Position numbers and translations under genes: made by a program
Assembly: GCA_964016885.1 (NCBI GenBank)
Contig: OZ024740.1
Location: forward strand, 354,578,001 to 354,642,000
Direction of reading: 5' to 3'
Origin: Eledone cirrhosa
Lineage: Eukaryota
Length of the DNA stretch: 64,000 nucleotides
Notes under the pieces: generated by a model
What the model was told of the DNA's origin: nothing
What the model saw: the letters and a program-made list of their open reading frames with translations, nothing else
Database searches by the model: none
Shown: positions 1 to 13,145 of the stretch, in pieces
Position numbering within the stretch: position 1 is the stretch's first letter
Layout of the letters: every line of letters begins with the position of its first letter

Positions 1-265
1 CTTTACCTAAAGATTATTGTCCATGTGCATCACATGTCCATACCAATTCAGTCTTCTCTCCTACACACCACATAGGATTCCTCTTAAACCCAGTTTATCC
101 TTTCTCTCACACTTACATTGCACATCTAATGAAGCATGGTTGTTTCACTACCATGCAGCATCACACTTCACACACAGGCATCATACAGACATCCTTTTGT
201 ACACAGGGAAAAACCTTTTATGGTCAAAGTAGGAGTATCTCGCTAAACTTTTTTCACCCTATCCC
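1..265 (-). mobile_element. Decayed RTE LINE fragment (C-terminal ORF region)
   Basis: Reverse complement resembles the KGF..LYDAC..GHVMHM region of the RTE copies at 28478-30355 and 31228-32385. Confidence 0.75.
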
Positions 266-2049
266 TATTCAAGCTATCGTACTTCCAGAGAGAGATTTGT
301 TCATTTGTAGTTCAACAAAACAACATGTTGGACACCATGTGGTTTCAGCAATGAAATGGTCTGTATAATTTATGATCAATATCTCCTCTTATTCCAAAGA
401 ATTCTACCCTGATGATAAAACAAGTTCTTCCAATATTATTTATTTCAATTATTTGAAATGGGTGGTATTGTTTCTTGTTTATGAAACCATGGTAGGGAGA
501 CGTTTATATGAGTGAGACTAACTTATTTTAGTCTGTCTGACTTATATTCCCCTAAATAGGTTTTTTGGGGGGGTGGGGGGGATTGCTTTTTGGCATAAAT
601 ATAAAATTGCTTCTCTGTATATTTTATCCATTCATTAAGATGTCTAAGTATTGGAGACAAATCACTTTTTAATTTATATATATAAGCAAATACACTAAAT
701 TTGGCTTAGATTGCCATGTATAGTACTATTAAAAATCTTACTGATCTTGTAGCTTACTAAAAACAAAATGGTTAGATTGAGCTACTATTTTAGGACATAT
801 GAAATAGAAATTACTGTAATGAAAAAAATTAAATTATTTTTTATTATGAAATAGTTGTAAATTATGTAACTTGCTTGATGAGTTGAAGAAACAAAACAGA
901 GTAATATACATTGTTTAGGGACAATACATCCTCTTAAAATCAATGGTTTACATAGAAGACTCACTTAAAATAATATGTGCTCAAAACCTTAGAATTGAGT
1001 GCCTTCTCCTCAAGGACCCACAAACATATTCTATTTTGTGAACTTGATTTCAATATAAGTTTTAATGCCTTAACATTTATCCTGCTTCTGCACAGGATCC
1101 ACTCATCATACATCACCTTTTTGCATCAATATGCAATTTAGATTTAATTGTTTATAGACATTTTTAATAGTCCATTAAAATTTTATTGAAATGATATCAT
1201 GTCCCAAAATATCAGAATTTATTTAATTCTCTAAATGTGCCAAAATTCAAGTCCCTATGACTTGTACTTTTAGATTTAGCTAGGTCTGAAAACCCATGTA
1301 AAGCTTATGCTCACGTTGCAAAATTGATTGTTTGTTACATGCAACAAAATACATGCAACAAAATAGAATTTACATAAATATTTTTTAAATTACCCCCCCC
1401 AAATTTCATTTTGAAGACCCTGAAAAAAATAGACAACTGTTATCCAATGGACACTATTAATTTGTGTAATTTGAAGATGATTATCATCTCAGTTTCAAAG
1501 GTATGACATCACAAATATGGCTAATTCGACAAGATTTCAACCAATTTGCTGACCATACAAATCGTCATATTTCCTAAACTATTCATCAAATTTCACAAAT
1601 GATGTATCAAAATGTTTCGTTTTTGATGTTCTTCAAGTAAAAATATTATAGAAGTTAGATTATAATATTTTCAAACATTCATAATGATACTTATTTAGAT
1701 ACAACAATAAGCTGAAGAATAATATCAAGCATGTTGGAACACAAGCATCAGAATTTGAGGAATGTGCTGTTAATTGCAATAGGTGGAGGGAAATCTGTCA
1801 AGATGGCATCAGAAGCCATGTCAACTCAAAGATTGAGCACCTAGATAATCTAAGGCAAGGTCAGGGGAATGCTGTTTCTGTTCAATAATTTGTGTGTGAA
1901 AGATGCGGTCTGGTTTCCAAGGACAGGGCCTGTTTTGTGTCTCACAGGAGATACAAACACTAAAATATGGAGTAAAGAGAAAGTAAATTCTTTTGGCCTT
2001 CATGCATCAAACATGATGAGAGAATCCATGAGATATATATATATACAAA

Positions 2050-2586
2050 CAATCTGCAGGTAGAATCTCAAAGACAAAATATCTAACACTGACCTCTTCA
2101 CTAAGTGCAAGATTGGAGGCATTGAAACCTTTCTTATAAAATCACAACTATGCTGGTCTGGCCATATCATCAGATTGAATGACAAAAATAAATACCAAAA
2201 GTCCTCATGTACAACCAGCTTGAGGGTGGATATAAAAATGTTGGATGGCCATGGCTCAGGTACAAAGACTAGCTGAAGAATAATCTTTCAACAATCAATA
2301 TACCTTATGAGACCTTTGAGCAAGTGGCCTTGCAGCGGCAGAACTAGAGATCTATGTGTCATAATAGGATCAGAAACTTTGAGTCCAGTTGTATCCATAG
2401 GCTACAAGAAGCAAGAGGGAAGAGCATTATTAAACATACCAGCAACATTATCCAGTAAACCTTGCCCTTGCACGATCTGAGGACTTGCTTACAAATCCTT
2501 AGCAGGTCTAAAATGTCATGCCCAATATAAACATCCAAACTGAATAGGTTATTTAGATCCTTATACACCTAAATGAACAGGAGAGT

Positions 2587-2592
<6 letters not shown>
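2050..2592 (+). mobile_element. Decayed RTE-BovB-like LINE 3' fragment ending at a (TA)n tract
   Basis: Translates as KDKISNTDLF..GIETFLIKSQLCWSGHIIRL..VLMYNQL..GWPWLRYKD*LKNNL, the typical RTE C-terminal W.GH..R / GRP..RYKD pattern, with stops. Confidence 0.7.
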
Positions 2593-2654
<62 letters not shown>

Positions 2655-4128
2655 CATGTCATAGGATATTGGCATCCCTATAAATAGTCAACCCTTGGCT
2701 GTCCAAGATAGTTTGCTTCAACTCATGGCCTTCACAGGCTCTTTGATCAATGCCATTGATTTTCTACTTGTCTCTGAGCTAAAAGAAACAGAACTTAAAC
2801 AACTTTTTTAATGCCATACATATTCTATACACATCTTGCACTGTGGGATATTCTTTTCATTAGCAGTCAACTGGAGATCTCAATGGTTTCAGCAGCTTCC
2901 AACAGTATTGCTCCCTCCAGTGGTGCCAAGCAGCATTTTAATGCTATCAGGAAATGTCCAGGTTAATCAGTCCACTCTGTAGTACAATTTTCCACATTAT
3001 CCATCCAACTATCACAAGAATTGTGATGCTGTTGTACCCATTTCTGCCATTCAAGCCCTCCCCTTCAAATTGCTGGTCTTTTGCTTAAAATAGAAACAAT
3101 TGTTATGTTTACTTTCAGTATTGGTCTTACATTTAAATGTTGTCACCATATCCACAACGGAACTTTCTCTGCCTCCCTCTCCAGTTCTTGAATCACCTCT
3201 CTACTCTCCTTTCCAAGTCCATTTAGTCATATTATCTTATCTTTAGAAAAATAAAATCATTTCTTTCATATTCCTTGATGAAGCCAAATATAAAAATTTC
3301 ACTTCCATTAAAACACTTCAATATAAAAATGAAATATTAGAGATAACAAAAACACAATAATTTTAAATTATCAAAACCAGGTTAAAAAAATGTTTTCCCA
3401 TTTTAATTATAAAAACAAATAAAATGTATAGATAGGACTGATGCTATGTTTGGGCGAGTATGTATGTGCAAGTGTATATATATGTGTGTGTGGAGAGTTT
3501 ATTTTCATGCTTACACATATCATCACATACACACATGCATATATATTTTAGAATATATATGTGTGTATATATTTATGTGGGTGTGTACATGCATGTGTGT
3601 GCGTGTATAAAAATATGCATACATGCATGTATGTGTATCCTTACATATAGATTGGAAAAAACCCCCCATTAAAATGGTGTTGATGATGATGATGATGATG
3701 CTCATGATGATAAATATACAATATACACACATTATATTTTTTGTTAAAGATACCAATAATTCACAATGCACTTGATGGTTTCTTTTAAGAAGTTTATAAA
3801 ACTTCAAAAATCTATTGTTTTCCAATCGATTCTGAAGATATATCCACAAATATGAATATGAACTAAACACGGTGACATCTTAAAGCTGATTATTTGGCAA
3901 TGTTATAATGGTAAACAAAAAAAAAATATAATATAACATAATAATATTTCATCTGAAAGAAAATGACAACTTGAATTATATGATATTGTTAAAAAAAAAT
4001 ACTTCAAGCTTTATAAGAAGAGAAGTTGGTTCTTTTCCTAGGTAAGTAGATTACTGAAATATTTTCATAGAGCAAGAATATCAAGGAACCTGTGATAAAA
4101 CTTTGATACTATTGTCAGTTTAGTTTAA

Positions 4129-4349
4129 CTCTTAACATTCTGTACCACATGAAACCGCATTAGTGAGACAGGTTTGAAAAGTACATAACAGCACAATGAC
4201 AGCATAATAATAAAATTGAAGTCTTAATTCTCAAACTGCAAATTTTCATAGTGATATGTTCAGTACTAAAGATACTAAAAGTATTTGAATTAGCAAGTGT
4301 GTTTTTAGATGTTTTCATTTTTTATTAAATCATTACAAAACATTAAGAG
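4129..4349. mobile_element. TTAA-flanked MITE (piggyBac-type target); related remnant at about 54885-55105
   Basis: TTAA|CTCTTAA ... TTAAGAG|TTAA termini; internal sequence (agtgagacagg..gaaaagtaca..aaattttcata) recurs near 54.9 kb. Confidence 0.6.
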
Positions 4350-5399
4350 TTAATGGTAAAAGCTTGCTGTATGTATTTGGTTTAGTCAAAATAAGTTACT
4401 AAAAAGGTTGGTTCCAGGAAGGACATCCAACCATAAGAAAAAAGAACCCCATTATGAGTATGAAGCTTGTTATGGGGATCACAAGGCAACCCTTGCTTTA
4501 GCATGGAAGATGACCTAAAAATGCTTATGTGAGTTTAATGGTAGAATGGAAGATTCTTGATGTGAAAACCCATGTTATCTGTGATCTCCACAGAGGAGTA
4601 AGAATAGTCATTGAGAAGGTCACAGAATGTGTGACAAAAGAGCTTTGACAATTAAATAATAATCCACCACTACCAACAACGCCATCGTCAACCTCCTCAT
4701 CATCAACATTGTTATTACATCTGTTGGTTATTTTTGGTTTTTTTTCATGCTTGCATGAGTTGAACAAGAACTTTCTTGCTGGTTTTCTCTAAGCAGATGC
4801 CTTTCCTGATGCCAATCCATACCTCATTGTTCTTGTTATGTATGATAGTCTCTACTTAACTATAATTATACACAACCATGTACTCTATTGTTAACATACT
4901 GATATACCTCTATATAGCTGAATATTGTGTTATATCTTGATACGGCTAAGTATACTCTGTTGTACCTATACACAGTTGAGCAGATGGACTACTTGATAGT
5001 TAGGTATCTTGATCATAGACACAGCAAGAACCACAGACCTCTAAACTAGTGGCCTGCTACCCAATCAACTGAAGAACTATCTGTGTTTTCATCTTTATTG
5101 TTGCTAATTGACAGCCAATGTGTGAACCTCATTTAAAGTTGTTGATTACTCTACAAATAACATCAACTACAACAATAATAGCATTATTTGTTATAATACT
5201 TGCAAAATTACCAAAACAGTTGAAACACTGCCAGTTATTATCGATCATATAATTCTGTAGCTGCCTATATTTTGAATTTTTAGCAATCTGCAGGAATTCT
5301 GCAGTTTTTGTTCTTCTATATTGTTAATGCTGTTGATAAACTTAAAACTGGCTGAGTTGTATCTGTACTTCATTTAGCTAATTAGATGACAACATTAAT

Positions 5400-6022
5400 A
5401 ATAATTGTTTCTACTTTTGGCACAAGGCCAGCAATTACCCAGTGCATTACTGGTACTTTATTTTATCGACCCCGTAAGGATGAAAGGCAAAGTTAACCTC
5501 GGCGGGATTTGAACTCAGATCGTAAAGGGACGTAACTATGCTGGAAAGCATGGCGTCCGACCCTCTACCAATACTGCCAATCCACCGAATATTAATAATA
5601 ATAATAATGATTTCTACTATAGGCATAAAGCCAACAATTTAGGGAGAGGGGAAAGTCGATTAAATCGACCCCAGTGTATTTCTGGTGCTTTATTTTATCG
5701 ACCCTGTAAGGATGAAAGGTAAAGTTTATCTCAGCTGGATTTGAACTCAGAATGTAAAGGGACGTAATTCTATGCTGGAAAGCATGGTGTCCGACCCTCC
5801 AGCGATACTGCCAATCCATAGATAATAATAATAATAATTGTTTCTACTTTAGGCACAAGGCCAGCAATTACCCAGTGCATTACTGGTACTTTATTTTATC
5901 GACCCTGTAAGGATGAAAGGCAAAGTTAACCTTGGTGGGATTTGAACTCAGTCCGTAAAGGGACGTAACTGTGCTGCAAAGCATGGCGTCCGACCCTCCA
6001 CCGATACTGCCAATCCACCGCC
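5400..6022 (-). mobile_element. Three tandem tRNA-derived SINEs (family A), about 5400-5587, 5610-5820 and 5835-6022
   Basis: On the minus strand: A-box-like TGGCAGTATTGG, B-box GAGTTCAAATCC, central GCCTTTCATCCTTACGGGGTCGATAAAATAAAGTACC, (ATT)n tails. Confidence 0.9.
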
Positions 6023-6024
6023 CT

Positions 6025-6059
<35 letters not shown>

Positions 6060-6084
6060 TGTTTCTACTTTAGAATAATAATAA

Positions 6085-6510
6085 AAAAGGTATCTTCCAA
6101 GGGGACTCATTCTCACCACTATTATTTGTTATAGCACTGAGGCGGTGAATTGGTAGTATTGGTAGAGGGTCAGACATGCTTTCCAGCGTAGTTACGTCCC
6201 TTTACGATCTGAGTTCAAATCCCGCCAAGGTTGACATTGCCTTTCATCCTTACGGGGTCGATAAAATAAAGTACCAGTAATGCACTGGGTAATTGCTGGC
6301 CTTGTGCCTAACGTAGAAACAATTATTTGTTATAGCACTGACACTCGGAAGAAGAAAAATGGGCCATTCATAAACTATCTTCTGTTTATGGATAACCTGC
6401 AACTGTTTGGGAAGTCTGAAAAAGTAATAGACTCATGAGTTAAAACAGTCCAGATATGTAGCAGTGACAATGGTATGGAATTTGGGATTTCCAAATGCAC
6501 TGTATTGGAT
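6085..6510 (+). mobile_element. R4/Dong-type LINE RT fragment, interrupted by the SINE
   Basis: KKGIFQGDSFSPLLFVIAL | INYLLFMDNLQLFGKSEK..MEFGISKC, matching the RT of the element at 57-60 kb. Confidence 0.85.
6141..6325 (+). mobile_element. Family A SINE with 20-bp target-site duplication
   Basis: ATTATTTGTTATAGCACTGA at 6121-6140 and 6322-6341; A/B boxes present. Confidence 0.92.
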
Positions 6511-6629
6511 AAAATTGGTAAAAAAATAAAATAAGTAAAGAATTATTATAAAATATACAAAAATCAACACAAAATATAATATAAAACATTTCAGTCAAGT
6601 GATGATGATGATGATGATGATGATGTTGT

Positions 6630-6835
6630 AAGTTCTAATTTAGGCACAAGGCCAGCAAATTCTGGTGGGAAAGGCAAGGTTAATTAAATCAAATCAGTAT
6701 TTGACTGGTACTTTATTTTATTGAGTCAGGAAGGATGAAAGGCAAAGTTGACCTCGGCAGGTTTAAATTCAGAACATAAAGAACTGAAACAAATACTGCT
6801 AAGAATTTCTCCAACACCCTAATCTACCAATCCAC
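6630..6835 (-). mobile_element. Family A SINE, diverged; further full or partial copies at about 39500-39605(+), 44635-44845(+), 49310-49520(+), 50175-50330(-), 50826-50930(+), 54470-54700(+), 55178-55233(+)
   Basis: Shared B box and GCCTTTCATCC..AAAGTACC..GGCCTTGTGCC core. Confidence 0.85.
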
Positions 6836-8039
6836 TGATTAGAGACTTCTTTATTAGCCACAAGGGCTTGCACATATAATACAATTTTCAATGGGTTTAC
6901 CAACAAAAGAACCCATATATTCTGGACAAAAACGCTTTATTCTTTCATTTCCCATTCCATCTACATATTACATGGATTTGGTTCCTCCAAAGCATGCATT
7001 AAACTAAGTAGACCATTGCTACTGGTTCTAAAGAATATGTATTTAATCCTTGCACCATCAAAGTACCAGCCTTCGACTTCTTTAAAATTAGTTTCAGATT
7101 CACAGACAGAGTTACATGCTTCTCTTTAGAATATTATTTCCCCTTAAAATCATGATGTAAAATCAAATATACAAGTCTGAAAGAAAGCTAATGGTAAAAC
7201 AAATTTTGTTGCATTGTATTAGTACTTATTTTTGTCACAGTGTGCATTGTGTGGCTATGCTGAACCTAATAGTCTGGCATAAGTATTAGTAAAAAATATA
7301 CAATCTTTAGGCTACATTGACCTGTCTTAATCTTTGTATTTGAGGGTATATTATTAGATTTGAAAAAAAATTACAGGCATTTAATATCATGATATTGCAA
7401 GAATAGAATCATAATGAAGAAAATCAGTTTCAATTAATACATTTTCAACAAATTTATAACACACAACGTCTTACCATGACAACATAATATTTGTTAACAC
7501 AGAGTGTAAAATCAAATAAAAAAAAGTATAGGTCATGCATAAGTAACTGGCTAAACATAGATTAAAAAAAGTTAGGAGAAGGTGTGAGCAAATGAATTTA
7601 AATAGTAGGCAAATTGAGATGCTAGATAGTTAAAAATTAGTGTGGAATGCTAGAAAGAAAGTATATATTTCTTAAAAACCAATGTAAAAGTGAATAATAA
7701 GCAGGATGTGTACTGATAATTTGCTCGCTTTCAGTCTTTATTTTATCAATCTTTCATTATCTAGCCAACTGCCAAGTATATATGAAGTGGTGTGTACAAT
7801 GTTATTTCAGAAAAAAAAAAACTCACCTGACCCTTGCTTGTGTAGTTCTAAAGCTAACTTTATGCCATAACTTTGTGTCAAATACTACATGTACTTACAT
7901 GGTAAATGGTGATTAAAAAACTTTAAATGTTCATAACATTTATAAAATAGGCATTACAAATACTTCTCAGACTCAGAAAATATGAAACACATCCATGCAC
8001 ATCGCATGTCTGTACCAACACAGTCTTCTCACACCACTT

Positions 8040-8640
8040 CAAGTTACTCTGAAACCCAGTTTCTCCCTCAGTTCATCCAGGCTCTGCCTTTTTCTCACAT
8101 TCATTCTCTACATTCATCAGCCTCTCATAGTAACATTTCCAGGCCTCTTTCTTTTGAGTATCAATGGTACTAAGTTAACCATTGTCATTTCTAACACATC
8201 TTTCCCCAACAACATCTTGATTCACATTGACACACTGCCTTGCCATACGGAACACTTCATGTCCCTGATCCTCACGTCACAAGACATTGGCAAACTTTTT
8301 TTCCTTAGCCTCTTTCCAAGCTATGTATACCTGTTGTCTAGCTTCTCTCTTAGCTACCTAGTACTGGCCTCTGCTACCCACATTTATCTAGTCTTTCCAC
8401 ACCTGTCTCATAGCTCTAATGGCTCTATCCACTGTACTGTTCCATTAGCAGGTCACCCTTGGTCTGGCTGGTGCTTTAATCCAGCAACAAGTTTCATCAG
8501 TAGTATGCAGAAAGTTGTCATGCAAGAATTCTCAATTGTCCTCTATGTTATATGTATCTTGCTCATCACCCCTCCCATCAAATGCATCCCATATGGCTTT
8601 TCTAAACCTACATTTAACCAAAAGGTGTTTTAGCTTCCAA
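8040..8640 (-). mobile_element. Decayed RTE LINE fragment (region upstream of the RT)
   Basis: Minus strand reads ..REARQQVY..KKFANVL*REDQGHEVFRMARQCV, matching RDDQKREVFRIARQCV at the start of the 30.3 kb copy. Confidence 0.75.
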
Positions 8641-8899
8641 ACCTTCTGTTGCTATATTTCCCTACGTATCATTTTCTGTATTTATTCTGGTGTCACTAAC
8701 AATCAATTTATTTATATTTATCTTAGGTCACTATTGTGTGTTTGTGTATGGTTGTTGTTGTTGTTGTTATTCCATTCATTTTTTTTCTATTCATCTTCAG
8801 TTTTCTTAGTTCTATTTCAGTTGCTTGTCTGATTTATCTACCTGTTGAGTCATTTCTATGTTTAGATATTATTTTAATTTCTATGTTGTCTATATTACC

Positions 8900-9180
8900 A
8901 TCATGTCTTCGTCTGAAATAACAGCTATAATAATAATAGTCATAACAATAACAACAATGAGAGCAGAAGAGATAGAAATAATAATAATAGAAATAGTAGT
9001 AACAACAATGATAACAATAGAGAGAACAGCAACAACAACTATAAAAACAGCAATAGATAAAACAACAATACATGTAACAACCACAATAATAGAAATAACA
9101 GTAACAACAATGATAACAGTAGGGAAAACAACAACTATAATAACAACAATGATAATAATAGTACACACAACTATGATGGT
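8900..9180. repeat. Low-complexity (AAC/AAT/AGA) trinucleotide tract
   Basis: Direct reading; abuts the PLE remnant and may be part of it. Confidence 0.8.
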
Positions 9181-9199
9181 AGATTTAATGACAACCCCT

Positions 9200-10840
9200 T
9201 AGAGAACCTGTTCTTCAACCCAGCTGACAAAACATAGAAGATGAACAAAATTTACCAAAATTTACTACATTACCCTTTAATAAAAGAGTCTGTACACCAC
9301 AACAAATAGATGACCAAACAGAGGCACAGTTTACCTTAGCTAGAAATAAACTTAGACAGGTAGTAGAACAATATACTAGGAGACAAAACAGACCAGAGAT
9401 TCAACAACTTGGAAGAAAACCTGGAAGAAACCTACTTACCCTCATGCAGTGCACAAGGGAAGGTGAGGTAGTGTGTCTACCTACAGACAAATCTGGTAGG
9501 ATGTCAATAGACAGCATGCCGAACTACATCAAGGCTATGCAATCCCACATCATCAATATGAGGGAAACAACACCACAAACACATAAGGGGAGAGAAAGGA
9601 TCCTCAATGCACACTTGATGATAGGGACTGAAATCCTAAAACCAAGTAGACGCACAGCCAATACTTTCCAAGCCTCTAACAAGAATATACCACCCTTGTA
9701 TGGGATCCACAAAGACCATAAAACAACTAACAACCCTATGGCAGGACCACCAACAAGAGCTGTATGCGGAGCCAATATTGCTAGCAACTACAGGATCTCC
9801 TACTTCCTCTCTATGATTGTACGCCCCATAATTAAGATGTCCCAGATGTGTGTGACAGCACAGAGGACCTCCTCAGCAGAAACAATGACGGCAACAACAA
9901 TGAAGACTTCACAAACTGCATAATAGGCAGTATGATGTAGTGTCCCATTGACATTGATTTTGCTGTGGAAAAATGTGTGGAAATATTCGGTGAAAGTGAG
10001 GTAGAATTTTGTGACATTAACACAAATGAACTGGGCCTCCTACTTAGACTTACATGTGACAGTGAATACTTAAATTATGACCTTAGCAGTTTCTACCCCA
10101 GTAGACTAATAAGTGGTAGACCCCCCCCCCCACGCTCACCATAACTTTAATGGCTATAAAGACTCCCATAGATAGATGGAATGGGTGGACCAAAGCCATA
10201 CGAACATCCATGAACAATGATCAGGTGAGAAAATGATTTGCACATGTGGTAGGGGCTAGTATTAAAACTACCCTAAAGGGCCACATGTTTAAATTTAATC
10301 AGAAAATTTATACTCAGGATGAGGGAGCGGCCATTGGCGTCACCATAGCTGCTGATGCTGCCAACCTATTTATGATAAGGTGAGAAAGGAGACTCAGAGA
10401 ACTCCTAGAAGAGAACTGCATAGCCCTCATCATGTTCTTTCGTTACATATATGATACCAATATAGTAATAAAAACACCCCCACAAGAGAGTTCCAATAAA
10501 CCTGAATTAGAAACTAACACAATAGAGAGTATCCAGCAGATAGCTAATTCCATACACCAGAGCATAACAGTAACTATCGACTACCCTTCCAAGCAGCCTA
10601 ACAATAGACTACCAGTATTTGACATTGAACTCTGGTTAAACACTATAAATGAGAAAACCCAAATTCTCCACTCACATTATGCTAAACCCATGGTCTCCAA
10701 ATACCTTGTACACAAAAACTCAGCAATGTCCAATAGTGCTAAGTTTAATATTTTGATCGCAGACTTAGTAAGATTGACGAAGAATGTGTGTCACACATGC
10801 GATCCAACTGAACTGGAAAGATATGTACAAAATATATAGG
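9200..10840 (+). mobile_element. Penelope-like element RT pseudogene (frameshifted, truncated after the thumb)
   Basis: PLE motifs PTDKSG, PPLYGIHKDHK, GPPTRAVCG, CDSTEDLL, FKFNQKIYTQDEGAAIG, degenerate RYIYDT, LPVFDI, HYAKP..HKNSAM. Confidence 0.85.
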
Positions 10841-11783
10841 TGTTTATGTATGTGTGTATGTATGTATTCTTTATTAAGGCCTAATTTTGAGTCTTGCAAT
10901 TCTGGAGTTACTTGTGTGTATCCACAAAGACTTGTCTGATGAACTTGTGTGTGTGAGAGAGAGGGACATAGAGAGAGAGGGGGAGAGAGAAAGAAAGAGA
11001 GGGAGGGAAGTAGATAGATAGATAGATACACACACACAGACTCATACATATACTCACACACACATCTATATATACATATATATAATGAAATGACAGGAGG
11101 CTGGATTTGTGTAAATCCTTGAAAGGTTTATTATACTATGATCATTTCACGATTGACCATACGGAATAGACCAGCTCTATACAGTGGTGAACCTCAAACC
11201 TGAATAAGTATACATATATATATATATGTATGTATTTATGTTTGAATATGTGTCTATGCATGCATGTATCTATGTTTGAGTATCTGTTTGTGTGTCTGTG
11301 TGTGTGTGCATAAATACAGAGACTGGGAGAGAGTTTATGTTTCTCTAGCCCTAGTTACCAAAGCTGTGTTGAACAGTTATGTAAACATAAAAGTGTTCAA
11401 TACAGATTCATATTACAAGTGTGTGAACTCCCTTGTGTATATATGTGATAAGCCAGCTTACAACTGCATTTCTGAATTGATCTGTACCACCTTCTCCTAA
11501 GCATTTATTATAACACTCTGGATAGGGATGATATAAGGAATAACATTTTACCTCCATAAACCATAAAACTGTCTTCATTATTTGCTAAATACCTTGTCTA
11601 ATACTGTTAACTATGCAAGACTAGTTAGATAAAGTGTCCATTTAGTTATGGATTATTCTTATTTATGGTCACCATGAACACACATATATATATATATATA
11701 TATGTACTTATGCAAGGAAAAACAAACATGAAAATTATGAGGATAATGATGACAATACTTACGTACATACACACAATCACACA

Positions 11784-11856
<73 letters not shown>

Positions 11857-11858
<2 letters not shown>

Positions 11859-12927
11859 CGAAGGAAATGTGGTAAGGAACCAGGTGGACCATAACGCACC
11901 AAAGTACTCAATACTTGAGGTAGTAGAGTGGGTAGTACCTTAGTACCCCCCCTCCCCTAGTCTTTGATAGATTTGGCGGACTCCGCCCTTTATAGCAGTT
12001 GGCTTAGACCCTTTTTCCGACCGCTCCCACTATTCTCTGTGCCCTCTATATTTCTTAGTGGCACTTATGCCTTATTTTTTCGTTTCAGTACTTCTTGCTT
12101 CGCTTTTCTTCTGGGCGGGGTGGATTCTGAATTTATTTCTCCGTATTCTACCTTTATTTCGTACGAACTTTCATGTAGCTTGTTTTAGATCCTTTAGAGT
12201 TAGCATTAGTATATATTTTTCTCGGGACTCAGAATTATTATCTCGTACAAGTTCACTTTGCTGCACTGGGTCGTTGCTGGCCCGGGATGGAAACCTTTAT
12301 TGTTTATTTCGTGGTAGTCTCTTTAGTATTTTGGCCCCTTTTGTTGACCCGTCACCGTATCATTTACGTACTTATACCTCTTAAAAGGGTCCTTGCCTTA
12401 TCCGTCCCACCTAGTTCTCTTACTTATTTCCTTATTTATTTATTTATTTATTTATTTACTTCTTCCTTTCTTTCTTTACTTTATTCTCGCCTAACAATAG
12501 CCTGACACCTAGGTCGTAGAATTTAATTTACTTTACTTTTTTCTTTACACTTATTTGCTTTTCTTCACTCTCAGTATTTTTTCTTTCCTATTTCTACCCC
12601 CCATTGTTCTACCTACCGTTCCGACTTCCTCCCCCTCCCCCTCCCCTGTATCTTCTTTGACCTCATGCCCAGCTGTAGCTGGCACTACCAACGCTTGATT
12701 GGGTCTACTCCACCCCCTCCCCTCTTTCTCCTACTGGCAGGTTTAGCCACCATCTCCCCTACTAATTTGCAACCACAGAATTACTACTGATTTTTGACAA
12801 TCACTTTGACCATATATGGAATTACCCCTTGAGAAGATCGGCTATTTAAATACCAGGATAAATTTTCATTTAGTCCAGAATTAGCCGTCGAAACGGCTTG
12901 AGCTCAGCTGTCGGGGTCTTACTGGTT

Positions 12928-12930
<3 letters not shown>
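11857..12930 (+). mobile_element. About 1.07-kb non-autonomous PLE-pLTR/retrozyme-like element in (TA)n
   Basis: (TA)n on both sides; 5' end is an inverted tail shared with 25491-25565; hammerhead near the 3' end; no convincing ORF. Confidence 0.7.
12824..12917 (+). ncRNA. Type I hammerhead ribozyme, U3-A8 core variant
   Basis: Stem I ACCCC/GGGGT; core TTGAGAA; stem II GA(T)CGGCTA/TAGCCGTC; GAAA; stem III CGGC/GCTG with palindromic loop TGAGCTCA; GTC triplet ending at 12912. Confidence 0.75.
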
Positions 12931-12972
<42 letters not shown>

Positions 12973-13002
12973 ATTATGTAATAAACAACATAAGGCAATT
13001 AT

Positions 13003-13060
13003 TCCATTTACCAGTGGTTTCTTAAAAGCAAAAGGTTTTGCTTTCAATCCTCAGAATGAA
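13003..13060 (-). ncRNA. Type I hammerhead ribozyme (inverted copy)
   Basis: Reverse complement of 13088-13145. Confidence 0.88.
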
Positions 13061-13087
13061 AAATCCTGGTTTTGTAAACCAGGATTT

Positions 13088-13145
13088 TTCATTCTGAGGA
13101 TTGAAAGCAAAACCTTTTGCTTTTAAGAAACCACTGGTAAATGGA
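13088..13145 (+). ncRNA. Type I hammerhead ribozyme
   Basis: TTCATT-CTGAGGA-[TTGAAAGCAAA acct TTTGCTTTTAA]-GAAA-CCACTGG-TA^AATGGA. Confidence 0.88.

Noticed and set aside
5400-6325. tRNA genes
   Set aside because: A/B boxes belong to SINE heads; no full cloverleaf; followed by SINE body and tail
7995-8633. 212-aa plus-strand ORF as a membrane protein
   Set aside because: Antisense to a decayed RTE fragment
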